Below, one piece after another: positions 11,145 through 25,182 of a stretch of 64,000 nt of DNA. The stretch comes from Mayamaea pseudoterrestris. Its lineage: Eukaryota. Position 1 is the stretch's first letter; every line of letters begins with the position of its first letter. The DNA lies in assembly GCA_027923505.1 (NCBI GenBank), contig BROI01000014.1:434001-498000 (forward strand), written 5' to 3'. The position numbers and the translations under genes were made by a program. The notes beneath the pieces were generated by a model. That model saw nothing but the letters and a program-made list of their open reading frames with translations, was not told the DNA's origin and did no database searches.

Positions 11145-12486
11145 CTACTGTCCAAACGTCATTTGACTCTGGCATTGCTGATACCACGCCATGCAACCGA
11201 GCGGATCTTTGTCGAAGCAGTATTCATTTTCATCTTCCGACATGCAGCATTCCATGGTCGTACAAAGATCCGTACAGCTCGTAGTGTACTGACCCTCCGA
11301 AGCTCGCGAATCGTCGCAAGCATTGATAATGTCATTGGGTGGCTTGGGCAAGACGGAAAACTGCGGAGGCAGCACAATATCTGTCTTGGTTTCGTTCGTG
11401 TAGCTGCAGGCCGCGTACGACAAGCACGAAATGAAATTCTCCTGCAAGCAACTCTTTCCCGTAACGTCGGGACCAATGTTGCAGCATTCCGCCTTGTCAC
11501 AGATTATTTCACACTCCTTGTCGTTGTTGAAGCAAAGTTCATCCAAATTACTTGGCGCAGCAGGAAGTGGCGTTCCTTCCCTCAAGTTTTGGCACGACGC
11601 GTAGTCAAGACACATGTCAAACTTGTCCTCCAAGCAGTTGCGCGGGTACGAGTTGCAGCAGCTAGCCACTTGACAAATGGTCTGGCAACTGGTGGGATCC
11701 TGCGCGAGTCGCTCCATGGAGCAGTAGTCCGCCAAACCGGAAGGCGCTGGATCGTAAATATTTTCACTCGCTTGGCACTTGCTGTAGGAAACGCATCCAC
11801 GGAGTTCGCGATCAAGTGTGCAGTTTGTGCCGTTTGGAAAAATGGAGCCGTTAGTGTAGAGACGAGATTCCGAAAAGGGATCGCAGCAGTCATGAAAGGT
11901 TGGCTCGCACAATAGTTGACAGCCTTGTCCACCATCCTCCTTAAAGGCATTCGATGAGCATGTTCCATCCACCGCTTGCTTGGATCCAGGAAATGTACTG
12001 TTATCCACTGGCGCAAAGGGTTGTTCGGTTGATTCCTCCTCCTTGAAGAACACCTTGTCAATGAGAATAGAAAGGCCAATTCCAAAGGCGACGAATAGTA
12101 GAAACATGAGACAAATGCATCCATACTTTCTCCAATTTCCCGATTGACGTAGATTGGCAGTCGAGTACTTTGCTTGTCGGGGTGTTTCGTAGCTAGACGT
12201 TCCGGCGCCGGGTTCATTTTCGTACGTGTCGAGCTGCTGCGACGGCGGAGGTACTACGGCGGTTGATGGAGGAGGAAGAGCTTGGCCAGGATATCTTGGC
12301 GGACCTAGAAGGATATCACAATGAGTCAGCAATGAAAGGCACATTCTAAGTGTTCAGTAACTAGTCAGTTACAAGATGCTTACCAGTCGGTCGTCCCCTC
12401 GTCGGTGGACCAGTGGGTCTTCCGCGAAGAGGAGGCCCCGTTGGCGGACCAACAAAGCTTTGATTGGGGTTGTCGCTGTATGGCAT
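11145..12486 (-). CDS. Single-pass membrane protein with Pro-rich N-terminus and four Cys-rich repeats; exons 12486-12384, 12304-11145
   Basis: TM segment CICLMFLLFVAFGIGLSILI. Repeats of pattern C-x3-C-x4-5-CC...C...C-x2-Y-x2-C. GT-AG intron keeps the frame. Confidence 0.75.
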
Positions 12487-12716
12487 GCTGTGTAGTTGTA
12501 TTACTGTCAATAAAGTAGCTCTATTGTATGCAAGTCCGTGATGAAGGTTGTGAGTGATTTGATGGTGCTTTCTTTCGGATTTGAAAGTCGATCGTCACGG
12601 CGCGGCGGTCATGGTCATTTTCGTCAATCGTGCGTGCCAGAAATGAACCTTAACTACAACATTGAAAGGCTACTTAGGGTTCTCGTCGTGACTTCGCGTT
12701 TCTCGCCTTCGCTGCC

Positions 12717-15700
12717 ATGGAACAAGGATCCACAAGACCTTCGCTTGAAGACTCGACTGATCCAAACAGTCTTCACCCTCTTATATCCAGTCTGTTACTC
12801 AAGCTAGACATGGAAGACACCGAAGCAGCAGCTGCTGCCGCGGCAATCAAGCACGAAATCGAGTCAACGTCGGATGCAGTCGTGCTAGGCAGCCTTCGAA
12901 AACATCTTTGGCACGCTCTGGTTTCCGAGGACGGAGACGCTGCCCTATGCGTCCTCAAGGCCACGCGAGCCGACTGGGAAGCATGGAAACTGAAGGAAAT
13001 ATTGTTGAAAAGTAGGAGCAACGCCAAACAGACTTTGTCCAAGCGAAGATTGTTTTCAAAGAAGCAAAGCAAGACTGACGAAGCGACTCATGCTCCAGCA
13101 GCAGTCGTTGCATTGACTCCCACTGGAATTGGACCAGGGCTCTTGCAGATGCATTTGAATCCGACGGAGCCATTTGCGCTGAATGATTACAGAGATTTTA
13201 GCGATGACCAAATCGTATCATCGACAATATTATCGCAATTGACGACACCTGCAGCTGCAAGCAAGCAACGGAATATTTCCAAGCGCGCTTCTCCTCGCCA
13301 AGCCTTTGCTTGGGCGCGCCATGGAAGAGTCACGGAAAGCAGCAGTTTCGAGCAAGACATGCCAGATGCTTCCATAGCAGTGCCAGCCGACTATTTAATG
13401 TCGCATTCAAACATGACAACGCCGCTCCACGAGGCGGCTCGCTTGGGCCACTTGGGTTTGGTGGAATGTATTTTGCAAAATTCGTTGGTGGATGTCAATG
13501 CTCGCAATGGAGCGGGACGAACGCCACTCATAATGGTTGCTGGAGGCGTTACTGGACGAGAATGTATAGAGTTTGATGGTGAGGGTAGCAGCAGCGACAT
13601 AGCAAATAACCCTGGTGCAGAATCGAATGCAGGTCCCACTGTTTTGGGCATTCGCAAGCCGCAACCAGTTCCATTGCCGGCGCCGCCGGAAGATTTGCAA
13701 GCAACCCCTGAAACATCTGCGAAAAAGGCGACTCGAGCTGTTCGAACGTTTTTACGCAATACGAGTGAGCGTTTAAAGCACAACAAGTCTGAGGAACAGT
13801 CCCTAGCAACAAACCAAACTTCTTCACAGCAATCCACTTTGCAACACGATTCTTTTTTGTCAAACAAACTTGCAAACTCTCGCATGGCTACTGCAATGGC
13901 CATTATCAATTATTCCCATCCCGACGATGGAACGGAACGTTTCGGCCAAGGTCCGTCCATGAATTCCGTCGACTCGATTCTAGGCCGCACCGCTCTCCAC
14001 TACGCGGCTGAACTTGGTCGCACGCAGGTTTGCCAGGCGATTGCCAATTCCTTTGGCACCATGTTGACGGTGGTGGATGACTTGTCGCAAACACCCATGG
14101 AACTGGCGGGCCGGCGTAATCACAAGGAGTTGGCGGCGTATTTGGAAGCGCGCGCGTTATTGTATATTGATCCGTATGGTATGGATGAGGAGTTACTTGC
14201 GGCGGTGGAGCAGCGACAGCAACGGGAGCAGCGTAAGCTTAGTAAGAGTGGTGACTCTGGCGAGCACCAGCAGCAGTACTTGGCGCTGCCGTTTGCGTGG
14301 TATGAAACATGGTCCATGGTGCAAGTGCAAACGGAACGAAGCGCGCGGTTGGACCGATGTTTGGAAGCGATGCGTCGGGTCACTCGCGCCAAGGTTCAAA
14401 GTGAAGAGGCTCGCAAAAATATACTGGTCGCGGCAGATGCGTTGCAAGGTGAAATGCCGTGGTTGCTGGATGCTGTAAAACGGGACGACGACGAGAGTTC
14501 CGATGAAGATAACGATGCGAAGGACAAACTACCGGTGGCGGTTAATGATAGTGAAGAAATTACGGCGATTGAAACGGCGTCAAAGCTAATTAACGACAGC
14601 TGCGAAACATCTTCGGTCCCCGCGTCCGGTGCTGACGATCAATCGCAAAAACCAGCTGTAATAGAACATGTGAGTGAAACGTTCGATGAGGCCGACGGAC
14701 GACTTACAGATCAAGACGACGTTATTTCGCCTCGTAGCATACTCGGCCAATTAGAAAGCGAGGACCATTTAATATCCGGCGAAGATGACGCATTGTCAGA
14801 CACTGAAGCAGGAGAGGAAGACGACGATATTGATTCGAGTGCTGCAGTGAACTTACCGAAGATCGATGCTGATGATGTAGACTCAAAGAAAATTAATTTG
14901 ATAGCTTCGCGGACAGACTATGAAGTCTTTGATAGCATTCACAAGACTCATGCCGAGTTATATTTGAAGCATCACAAGTGGGACGAGAAAGTAGCCATGA
15001 AAGCGTTTGAGGAAGATCCATTTACCTCTTTCATCGAAGCAGGCATTCATGTTCCATGTGGTGCGGTCACTTTTTCGGTAGATCTCGAAACTGAAAATGA
15101 TGCAGTTACTTATGAATCTATTTGCCTCATCTGTTGTGACGAATTTGAGGCTCAAGCACCCGAGTTTAGACGTTTGACGGGGTGTCATCACTCATTTTGT
15201 TCCGATTGTCTCGGCGAATTCCTGTCACAATGTTCCAGCACCAGGTCAACAGGGTTAGCCATTTTGTGTCCCCATCACGAGTGCTCCGCGCCGCTATCAC
15301 CAGTCGAGATTGCTGAGCTCGCTCCGTCTCTTGATGTGTACGAATCCCTCCTCAAAGCGGCGAACGAGGATTTTATTGCGACCGCGTTGGATTTCCGATA
15401 TTGTCCTCATCCAGGTTGCGAAGGCATTGTAAAGTTTAACGTGCCCTCATTCATTACTTCGTCGGATCTGAACCCGAATCTTCTCGAGACGGTTGGCGCG
15501 GTATGTACCGAGGCATGCGTTGATCATGAAGGTCCCTGTACTTATGAAGGCATGTCCGATGCAAATTACTGCAACGCCAAGAGCGCAACGCAACCTAGCA
15601 TGGCCCATCGATTTTGCTTTTCATGTGGTGAAGGTAACGTACATTGGCCCTGTCCTTGCGATCGTTTGGAGGAGTGGAAGGCTGTCATCGAAGAGCGTGT

Positions 15701-16913
15701 AAATGAAGCGCGAGAAGAAGGGGAAGATGTGGAAAAACATGACGACATTGCGCAAAAGCTTTGGCTGAAGACTAACACAAGGCCTTGCCCGAAGTGCAAA
15801 GCGCCCATTCAGAAGAATGAGGGATGTAATCACATGACATGCTCCAATCCACAATGCAAGTTTGAGTTCTGCTGGATTTGCCGCAACGATTGGAAGTTGC
15901 ACAGTTCCGAAACTGGTGGCTTCTTCCGTTGCAATCGCTGGGTGGAACAAAAGGAGCACGACGCTTACGATGAAGCTCCGACCGATACCGATGCCGCTCT
16001 GACAGCTTTGCAGGAAGCTATAACAGACCCACATGCCATGGCGAATACGTACGGCACAGCGATGCACGCCAGTCGCACTTTGCATAAAAAGAGCCGTGAC
16101 GTTGCCAGATTCATCCACCATTATCAGCGATGGAGCGCTCACGCGGAAAGCTGTGCGCTAGAGCAGCGTATGAGTGAAACTGTATGCACACGTTTGGCCC
16201 CAGTCATCCTGGAAGCGATTAAATACAGCGGGAAGCCATTTTTCAATTTCGGAGGAGGAGGAATTTCTTTCTTACATTCTGCATTTGTGGAATTAAAAGA
16301 ATGTCGAATTATGCTGCAACACAGCTATGCTTTCTCCTTCTACCGATACAAAGGCGGAAGCAAATACTACAAACAGATGAAGCGGCGATTGAACGAGAAA
16401 GCAGCCTTCGAACAAATGCAATCTGAACTTGAGCTCTTGACAGAGCAAATGAGCGACGTTGTTGCTCGGGCGCACCTGCGGGCTACTCAGTCACAGATTT
16501 TATTTCTCACTGCATCTGCAGCGGAACGGCGTGGAGAGTTTACAAAGCTAATGGTCGAAATTTTACACAAGGAGCGAAAAGAGTCGACGCATTCAAAGTC
16601 TAAAATTGATAGCAGGCGCCTCACCGGACAAAATGAAAGGAATGTGAGCTCGGCCGCGAACATTTTCGATGCCCTTGCAAACGCTGCTCGAAGCGATGTC
16701 AGACTTGTACTTGCACCCCAAGTTGATACTGACGATGACGACGATTTGGAGGAGGCCATTCGTGCAAGTTTGCGAGATTTTAGATCAGCTGACAACGCTT
16801 TCATTGACGACCTAGACTCAGCCGCTGAGCCAAGGGACTGGTCATGCGCTACTTGTACCTATGTTAACTCGGTAGGAAGGAGCTGCTCAATGTGCGGCAC
16901 TCGCCAACAGTAA
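12717..16913 (+). CDS. Ankyrin-repeat RBR (Ariadne/ANKIB1-like) E3 ubiquitin ligase with UIM and RanBP2-type zinc finger
   Basis: Ankyrin motifs TPLHEAA and TALHYAA, RING1 CLICC...CHHSFCSDC, IBR, RING2 CPKCKAPIQKNEGCNHMTC, Ariadne helices, UIM LEEAIRASL, and WSCATCTYVN...CSMC. Confidence 0.9.
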   Translation: MEQGSTRPSLEDSTDPNSLHPLISSLLLKLDMEDTEAAAAAAAIKHEIESTSDAVVLGSLRKHLWHALVSEDGDAALCVLKATRADWEAWKLKEILLKSRSNAKQTLSKRRLFSKKQSKTDEATHAPAAVVALTPTGIGPGLLQMHLNPTEPFALNDYRDFSDDQIVSSTILSQLTTPAAASKQRNISKRASPRQAFAWARHGRVTESSSFEQDMPDASIAVPADYLMSHSNMTTPLHEAARLGHLGLVECILQNSLVDVNARNGAGRTPLIMVAGGVTGRECIEFDGEGSSSDIANNPGAESNAGPTVLGIRKPQPVPLPAPPEDLQATPETSAKKATRAVRTFLRNTSERLKHNKSEEQSLATNQTSSQQSTLQHDSFLSNKLANSRMATAMAIINYSHPDDGTERFGQGPSMNSVDSILGRTALHYAAELGRTQVCQAIANSFGTMLTVVDDLSQTPMELAGRRNHKELAAYLEARALLYIDPYGMDEELLAAVEQRQQREQRKLSKSGDSGEHQQQYLALPFAWYETWSMVQVQTERSARLDRCLEAMRRVTRAKVQSEEARKNILVAADALQGEMPWLLDAVKRDDDESSDEDNDAKDKLPVAVNDSEEITAIETASKLINDSCETSSVPASGADDQSQKPAVIEHVSETFDEADGRLTDQDDVISPRSILGQLESEDHLISGEDDALSDTEAGEEDDDIDSSAAVNLPKIDADDVDSKKINLIASRTDYEVFDSIHKTHAELYLKHHKWDEKVAMKAFEEDPFTSFIEAGIHVPCGAVTFSVDLETENDAVTYESICLICCDEFEAQAPEFRRLTGCHHSFCSDCLGEFLSQCSSTRSTGLAILCPHHECSAPLSPVEIAELAPSLDVYESLLKAANEDFIATALDFRYCPHPGCEGIVKFNVPSFITSSDLNPNLLETVGAVCTEACVDHEGPCTYEGMSDANYCNAKSATQPSMAHRFCFSCGEGNVHWPCPCDRLEEWKAVIEERVNEAREEGEDVEKHDDIAQKLWLKTNTRPCPKCKAPIQKNEGCNHMTCSNPQCKFEFCWICRNDWKLHSSETGGFFRCNRWVEQKEHDAYDEAPTDTDAALTALQEAITDPHAMANTYGTAMHASRTLHKKSRDVARFIHHYQRWSAHAESCALEQRMSETVCTRLAPVILEAIKYSGKPFFNFGGGGISFLHSAFVELKECRIMLQHSYAFSFYRYKGGSKYYKQMKRRLNEKAAFEQMQSELELLTEQMSDVVARAHLRATQSQILFLTASAAERRGEFTKLMVEILHKERKESTHSKSKIDSRRLTGQNERNVSSAANIFDALANAARSDVRLVLAPQVDTDDDDDLEEAIRASLRDFRSADNAFIDDLDSAAEPRDWSCATCTYVNSVGRSCSMCGTRQQ

Positions 16914-16949
16914 TTTATAACACAAATAAACCGTGTACTATAAATATGG

Positions 16950-19382
<2,433 letters not shown>

Positions 19383-19667
19383 TCAGAACTGCTGGAGCAA
19401 AATAAATTTCGCTTTTTCGTATCGGGCTTATTGCTTGAAACGCTAATAAAAGACTTATAAATGTATCGTTAACTAAAGCTGCCGTGTGATGTTGATCGTG
19501 CTGAGCTACAACTTCACATTGTGCGATTGATGGTTGCAGGGCCGGCAATGGGTGTCGCTTCGGTACTAATAGGAAAATCGCTCCGGTACTCATTGCGACG
19601 ACGAAAGGAAACGCGACCATTACCAAAGGCAACATGATGACAATGAGGTGCCGAGCCTTAGAAGACA

Positions 19668-21053
19668 ATGGCTCGTTCCATCCGCCGCATTTGTATAGGA
19701 GCTGTAATTTTAGCAATATCAACTTATCAAATCATGCAGAGTTCGCTTCAAACCTTTGTCATGTGGAACGAGAGCGATCAAGACGAGCAACTCATCATTA
19801 AAGATTTTGTTGCTGTCTCGTTCACAGATACAAGTAAAACTAGCATGATGAGCGCTACAAATTCACTCCGTGCTGGAAGAAGAAAGAAACTTGACCAATA
19901 CGGAAGCAAGTTGATCAAAAAGCGACCAAGGAGATGGCAAGATCAGGGTACTGATTGGGATCCTTTCATTCCAAGACACAGCCATTCGAGAAATTTGAAT
20001 AGTACAACCACGGAAACAATTACTTGCACTACACGCGACGGCAAAACAGTACACTTACCACGAAAATTACCCAGTTTCATCATTATCGGAGCGCAAAAGG
20101 GCGGAACGACAGCCTTGGCAAGAATTCTTAGTCAACATTCGCACATTGCGTCAACATTTAAACGGGAACCCCACTTTTTTGATCGAAACATTTCGCACAA
20201 TGCCAGTTTGAGTGCCAAGCAAGCATGCAGCTTGCGGTTGAGGTATCTGCAAGAAAACTTCAACGTGAACGAGTATTTCGACAGTCTCGACCAAGGCAGA
20301 ATGCTTCATTATTTTGAAAAGACACCAAGCTACATTCGACACCCCGGAGCGGCGCAACGAATGCATCAAATACTTGGCAATAACGTTAAAATTATTGCCG
20401 TGTTGCGCAATCCCATTGAAAGGTCATATTCGCACTACAAGATGGAAATGCAACGAAGTGTCCGCATGGCAGAGTCGTACGACAAGCTCGTAGCTGCCGA
20501 GGTGGAAGCGTTGCGAGAGGCTGGTTTAACCAAGGCTCTTCCATTGAAACAGTTTGATGAAAACTTTGCGGATAATGGCAACCATCAAACGCCCTATAGC
20601 TTTGGGCTGCAACACCATATACCAAGTAGCTTGGACGAACGCCGCAAACTTGTTGTTAACTCCACCATCCACCACTTGCACAAGACTGCGCCAATGACGT
20701 CCAACTCGCTGTACACTGGCATGTATGCCACGCAACTGGAGGAGTGGGTCAAGTACTATGCGCTCGATGAATCGCTGCTCGTGGTGCAATCCGAGGAGCT
20801 TTTGGTGAATGCGTCGGCTGTTTTGAAGCGAGTGCAAGCGTTTCTTAGTGTGCCATATCAAAAGTTTAGTCACTATGTCATGGCCAACGACTACAATCCA
20901 CTCAAAGGAGGGAAAGGATGGAAGAATGGCACCGCAGTTCAGGTGGATGAGCCAAGCGAGCATACACTCGCCTACTTGCGACGCTTCTTTCAACCGCACA
21001 ACGAGGAATTGGCGGCTCTGCTGGGAAGTGATTGGAAGGCAGTCTGGCAGTGA
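19668..21053 (+). CDS. PAPS-dependent sulfotransferase (heparan-sulfate 3-O-sulfotransferase-like), type II membrane
   Basis: 5'PSB motif IIGAQKGGTT, EPHFF, FEKTPSY, 3'PB motif LRNPIERSYS, FFQPHN. Confidence 0.88.
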   Translation: MARSIRRICIGAVILAISTYQIMQSSLQTFVMWNESDQDEQLIIKDFVAVSFTDTSKTSMMSATNSLRAGRRKKLDQYGSKLIKKRPRRWQDQGTDWDPFIPRHSHSRNLNSTTTETITCTTRDGKTVHLPRKLPSFIIIGAQKGGTTALARILSQHSHIASTFKREPHFFDRNISHNASLSAKQACSLRLRYLQENFNVNEYFDSLDQGRMLHYFEKTPSYIRHPGAAQRMHQILGNNVKIIAVLRNPIERSYSHYKMEMQRSVRMAESYDKLVAAEVEALREAGLTKALPLKQFDENFADNGNHQTPYSFGLQHHIPSSLDERRKLVVNSTIHHLHKTAPMTSNSLYTGMYATQLEEWVKYYALDESLLVVQSEELLVNASAVLKRVQAFLSVPYQKFSHYVMANDYNPLKGGKGWKNGTAVQVDEPSEHTLAYLRRFFQPHNEELAALLGSDWKAVWQ

Positions 21054-21250
21054 TTTCGCAATAAACATTATGGATTTGTTGCATAAAGAGGCTAGGACGT
21101 GTGTGTATCTACGGTAAAGGGTCGGTGTTTTTCGGCGATCGCGATCAGATCCGAAGAAGAAGCTGTCGCACCACAACTCGTCCGTTTCGTGTCACGCTCA
21201 TTCCTTCGATGTTCGACTCATAACGAGTCGAAACCCTTGACATTATCACC

Positions 21251-22609
21251 ATGCTGAAGGCATTGCATCGCAGCTGCAAAAGGCCACTTTTGCAGAGACA
21301 TGTCAATCGAACAGCAGGGATTCGCTGCTGGGCTTCGACGGAAAACAATACTATTCGAAAACTCATGGGCGAATCGCTCCAGCCACCAGCAGGCCAACTT
21401 TGGAAGGCAGTAGACAATCACATTGCAGCTGACAAGCAACTAGACCAATCATTTATTCCCCAAGTACCACTGCATCATCGCGACGGAAGACACCGAAAGC
21501 GAGTCCTTGTGCTTTGCACCGGCGGCACTCTTACCATGGCACCAGACCCAAAGCAAGGCGGTGCACTGGCGCCAGTGCAAGGCTCGCTGTCAAAGTATAT
21601 GCGGGAAATGAAGGAGCTCCAAAACGACGACATGCCGGAAGTGACACTTCACGAGTACGCGCCGTTTGTCGACTCCTCCGACCTTGGACCGGCCGATTGG
21701 GCGAGGCTGGCCCACGACATTTACGACAACTATCTGCACTTTGACGGCTTCGTCGTTATCACGGGGACGGATACCATGGCATACGGTGCAACCGCCCTAT
21801 CATTTATGCTTGAGAATCTTGGTAAACCAGTTGTGTTTACGGGAGGTCAGATTCCGCTATGCGAACCGTACAATGATGGACGTAACTTGATCATGGCATT
21901 GATCTTTGCGACTCGAGATTCCATCAATGAGGTGACAATTTTCTTTCACGATCGTTTACTGAGAGCATGTCGATCCACCAAGGTCAATACGCATCAGCTA
22001 TTAGCGTTTGACTCGCCGAATATTGATCCACTGGCAACGATTGGCATTACCATTGACGAGAACGAGCATCTGTTTCTGCCACCAGCCAAGGGTGCGCTGC
22101 GAGTTCATTCTCGCATGGAGACGCGCTTGCTCACGATTCGACTAGTTCCAGGCTTTGACGACGGCATGCTGACGCAAATGATCAAACACAATGTGGACAG
22201 CGAGTCACTCAAGGCACTTGTGTTGCAGTTATATGGAACTGGAAACCTTCCATCAAACAAGCATGCATTCATTCAACTGCTTGCGGATGCGAACGAAAAG
22301 GGCATCTTAGTGGTTGCAGCTACGCAGTGCTACACTGGCAACGTTCTAATGGGCCACTACGCTGTGGGCAAGGCGCTTGAAAGCGCTGGAGTGATTTCTG
22401 CGGGCGACATGACGGTCGAAGCCATTGCTGCCAAGGTTGGCTACTTGTATGGTCGCGGTGATTTGAGTCAGCAAGAGATTGCATCATTGTTTCCCGTGCC
22501 GCTGCGAGGAGAAGTGACTCCGAAGGAAGCCTTGTCGCCGCCGCCCCTCTCGAGTGCTTTTCAGCGAGGTATGAGCCAGCATGTCGGTGGTCGGTTCCGC
22601 TCCTACTGA
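21251..22609 (+). CDS. Type I L-asparaginase, copy 1
   Basis: TGGTL, DSSD, GTDTM, KPVVFTG, TKV and AFDSPN motifs. Basic N-terminal presequence. Confidence 0.93.
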   Translation: MLKALHRSCKRPLLQRHVNRTAGIRCWASTENNTIRKLMGESLQPPAGQLWKAVDNHIAADKQLDQSFIPQVPLHHRDGRHRKRVLVLCTGGTLTMAPDPKQGGALAPVQGSLSKYMREMKELQNDDMPEVTLHEYAPFVDSSDLGPADWARLAHDIYDNYLHFDGFVVITGTDTMAYGATALSFMLENLGKPVVFTGGQIPLCEPYNDGRNLIMALIFATRDSINEVTIFFHDRLLRACRSTKVNTHQLLAFDSPNIDPLATIGITIDENEHLFLPPAKGALRVHSRMETRLLTIRLVPGFDDGMLTQMIKHNVDSESLKALVLQLYGTGNLPSNKHAFIQLLADANEKGILVVAATQCYTGNVLMGHYAVGKALESAGVISAGDMTVEAIAAKVGYLYGRGDLSQQEIASLFPVPLRGEVTPKEALSPPPLSSAFQRGMSQHVGGRFRSY

Positions 22610-22956
22610 TCGGCATACCGACGAGACCGCATGAATGTGACATAAATTGCTGTGGAGTTGTTACAATGCCAGTCTTCAAGCTTACATGGGTGACAAGCTG
22701 CCAATTTAAGGGAGTAGACATGGAGGGAATGTCTGCATAGTTCTGCATCTTGAACCTTGGCCACTACCTATGGACTAATTAATCATGGCACTTAAATATT
22801 GCCCAGCATGTTGAAGGGGCCGTCTCCAAGATCAAGTGGTGTGCATATTGCTGGACTGACAAAAGCGGACGCGGCACAAAGTGCTTACAAAACAACAAAG
22901 CTAAATAAAATGGCAGTCCTAATGAATGTACTATAAACGTGACGTGTCTGACATAT

Positions 22957-24780
22957 TCATCGCTCAAATAGCACTGGTATATCATGCAGATGCAGATAGA
23001 CCAATTCCAGGTCACTATTAATCGTCGCCAAAAACTGGCACGCTTTCTGCCGGAAACCAGGTTCGTTCGCCTGCCTTATGTAGCGACGACCAAGGCAGTT
23101 TAAAAGCACGAATGAGAATACACTGCTTGATACGCGCAAATCGTCCGCTCCCGGACAGTGCCAAAGGTATATACATTCGAGAGTCAGATTAGCTGCAAGA
23201 GCATCAGTCAGGCGCTGATATGCTTGGTTGAAGGAATCGACTGTGCATCTTGGTCCTTTTCTCAGGCAACTGTGGTCCTGGCTACTCGCATCAGTAATGC
23301 ATTCGAGATGTTTCAAAGTCTGGTTCAGGCGCAAGGCATGCAAGACTTGACTGATAGTTTCAAGCGAAAAGTCCTCACTCGTCAGAAAGAGCCTTTCAAC
23401 CGACTGGTTCATTGCGACCCCTGCAGCGATTCCAATGATGTCTGAATCGGCAGTCAAAGTAAATTGAAGTTCTTTTAGTCTGCATCTGTTTAAAGCAGAC
23501 TTCAAGCAGATCAAAGCAGTTGAGCCAACACGCTCCCAAGTTCCCTTCACTTCCAATCTGCGTAAAGGTGTGGTCGCACTTAAATAGCTTGCCAGTAACG
23601 TCACCAAAGGGTCTGTCCAGGAGAAGTTGATTAGTCGGACATCATAAAGGCTTGAGGCACGCATTGCCCCACTCAGGATTGCGAGCTGGCATTGCTCACT
23701 GCCTACTCCCCCTGCGCCATCATTCTCCTGACGATCCCAGCTACAACCAAATGCAAGGGTCAGAGATTCGAGATCCTCCATTCGAGGCAAGCTTTGTCCA
23801 ATTGCTCCGTAAAATTCATTAGATCTTGCACCAAGGAAATAGTCGCCTAGGCGAAGCTCTTTCAATCTTAAAGAAACGGCGATTGAGTCGGACATCGTTG
23901 TCGACACCTCATTATCAGACAAAATCCAAGAGCATATGGCCAACCGCTCCAGCCGGTTCCGCTGAAAGAGTCGCGACAGCTCTAGAGCAACGGCTTTTGA
24001 AACAGGTTCCCTAACTCCCACGCCCATGCCCGACCCTTCCTGCCATGTAAAATCTACCATAGTCTCGACTTCTACAAGATGTCGAATGCACCTTTGATCA
24101 AAAAGATCATTTACTCGATCAAACGTGAAACTTTCGAGACGGTTCATCGACTCAATGTGACGCAAAAACACCGACGGAACGTATTGAGCGTCGGTAGATG
24201 TAATGGACACCACCAGCTTTCTGACATGCGGTATGAAGCGAATAAGTCTTGTATACGCTTCTTCCCTATCATTTGAGTCCACATGTGTATAGATGGTAAC
24301 GTCAGACAGGTGTTCGCAAAGACCAAAGGCACGTCCTAGGTCATCGAGACAGCGCAAAATCTCCGACACGTTGTCGTCATCCAAATAATCATCAAACAGA
24401 TAAGCAATATGTAAAGTTTTTAATGAAAACTTCCCTTTTGTTTCAATCGCGGTAATAAATTCTTGCCGAGCGGCTGATCTGTAGATAAGTGGAAGGAATA
24501 TCTCACTTAATGTGATGTTTCTGACATTTCCATTTTCCTCGAAGTGCCAAAGATAAGAAGCATTGCATTCCAAATAATCGCCATTTATCTTTTGGATAAG
24601 AGGTTTCAAGTTCGTTTCGTAAAGGCGATCAATGAAATCATCCCAGCCTTCGTCATCGTCCGACATCATCATGTTCGCATCTTCATCACTACCGTCATCG
24701 CTCGTATCGTCCTCGTCCCTGTCATCAACAGGATCGAAGAAATCGCCGCGGTTGATAATATCGTCGTTATTTTCTTCCAT
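22957..24780 (-). CDS. Degenerate LRR (RNI-like) protein, copy 1
   Basis: Repeated LxxLxL motifs (LKELRLG, LESLTL, NQSVERLFL, NQTLKHLE) and C-terminal LN..GR and LVYLHL pattern. Confidence 0.7.
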   Translation of the reverse strand: MEENNDDIINRGDFFDPVDDRDEDDTSDDGSDEDANMMMSDDDEGWDDFIDRLYETNLKPLIQKINGDYLECNASYLWHFEENGNVRNITLSEIFLPLIYRSAARQEFITAIETKGKFSLKTLHIAYLFDDYLDDDNVSEILRCLDDLGRAFGLCEHLSDVTIYTHVDSNDREEAYTRLIRFIPHVRKLVVSITSTDAQYVPSVFLRHIESMNRLESFTFDRVNDLFDQRCIRHLVEVETMVDFTWQEGSGMGVGVREPVSKAVALELSRLFQRNRLERLAICSWILSDNEVSTTMSDSIAVSLRLKELRLGDYFLGARSNEFYGAIGQSLPRMEDLESLTLAFGCSWDRQENDGAGGVGSEQCQLAILSGAMRASSLYDVRLINFSWTDPLVTLLASYLSATTPLRRLEVKGTWERVGSTALICLKSALNRCRLKELQFTLTADSDIIGIAAGVAMNQSVERLFLTSEDFSLETISQVLHALRLNQTLKHLECITDASSQDHSCLRKGPRCTVDSFNQAYQRLTDALAANLTLECIYLWHCPGADDLRVSSSVFSFVLLNCLGRRYIRQANEPGFRQKACQFLATINSDLELVYLHLHDIPVLFER

Positions 24781-25182
24781 AGTTAAGTCTGATTAGTATG
24801 AATGAACGTGTCGATTGTCAGCAAGAGCGAATGACCTTTGCTTGCTTGCTTCGCATTCGCATCGATGATGCGCATCATGCAAGAATCCTACCGGTACTCA
24901 ATGAGTAACGCTCCGACGCGTGAAATGGCGCGGCAGACATGGCGAAACCGTCGCGACGAAAGCAGTTACAAAGTCGGTTACCATGGAGGCGATTGCAATG
25001 AGCGTGGCAATGCCACCAAACAAATAACTGCCATTGTGTCTACTTTATAACGAGCATGAAAAGATCGTTACAAATGTGCCGAGATGCTGCCACAAAAAGC
25101 CGAGGACAACGGCCGCAGCGTGACAACATGCGAAAGAACGAATTAGCATCACCGTCGTTCGATATTCTGTAGCAGCACCATT

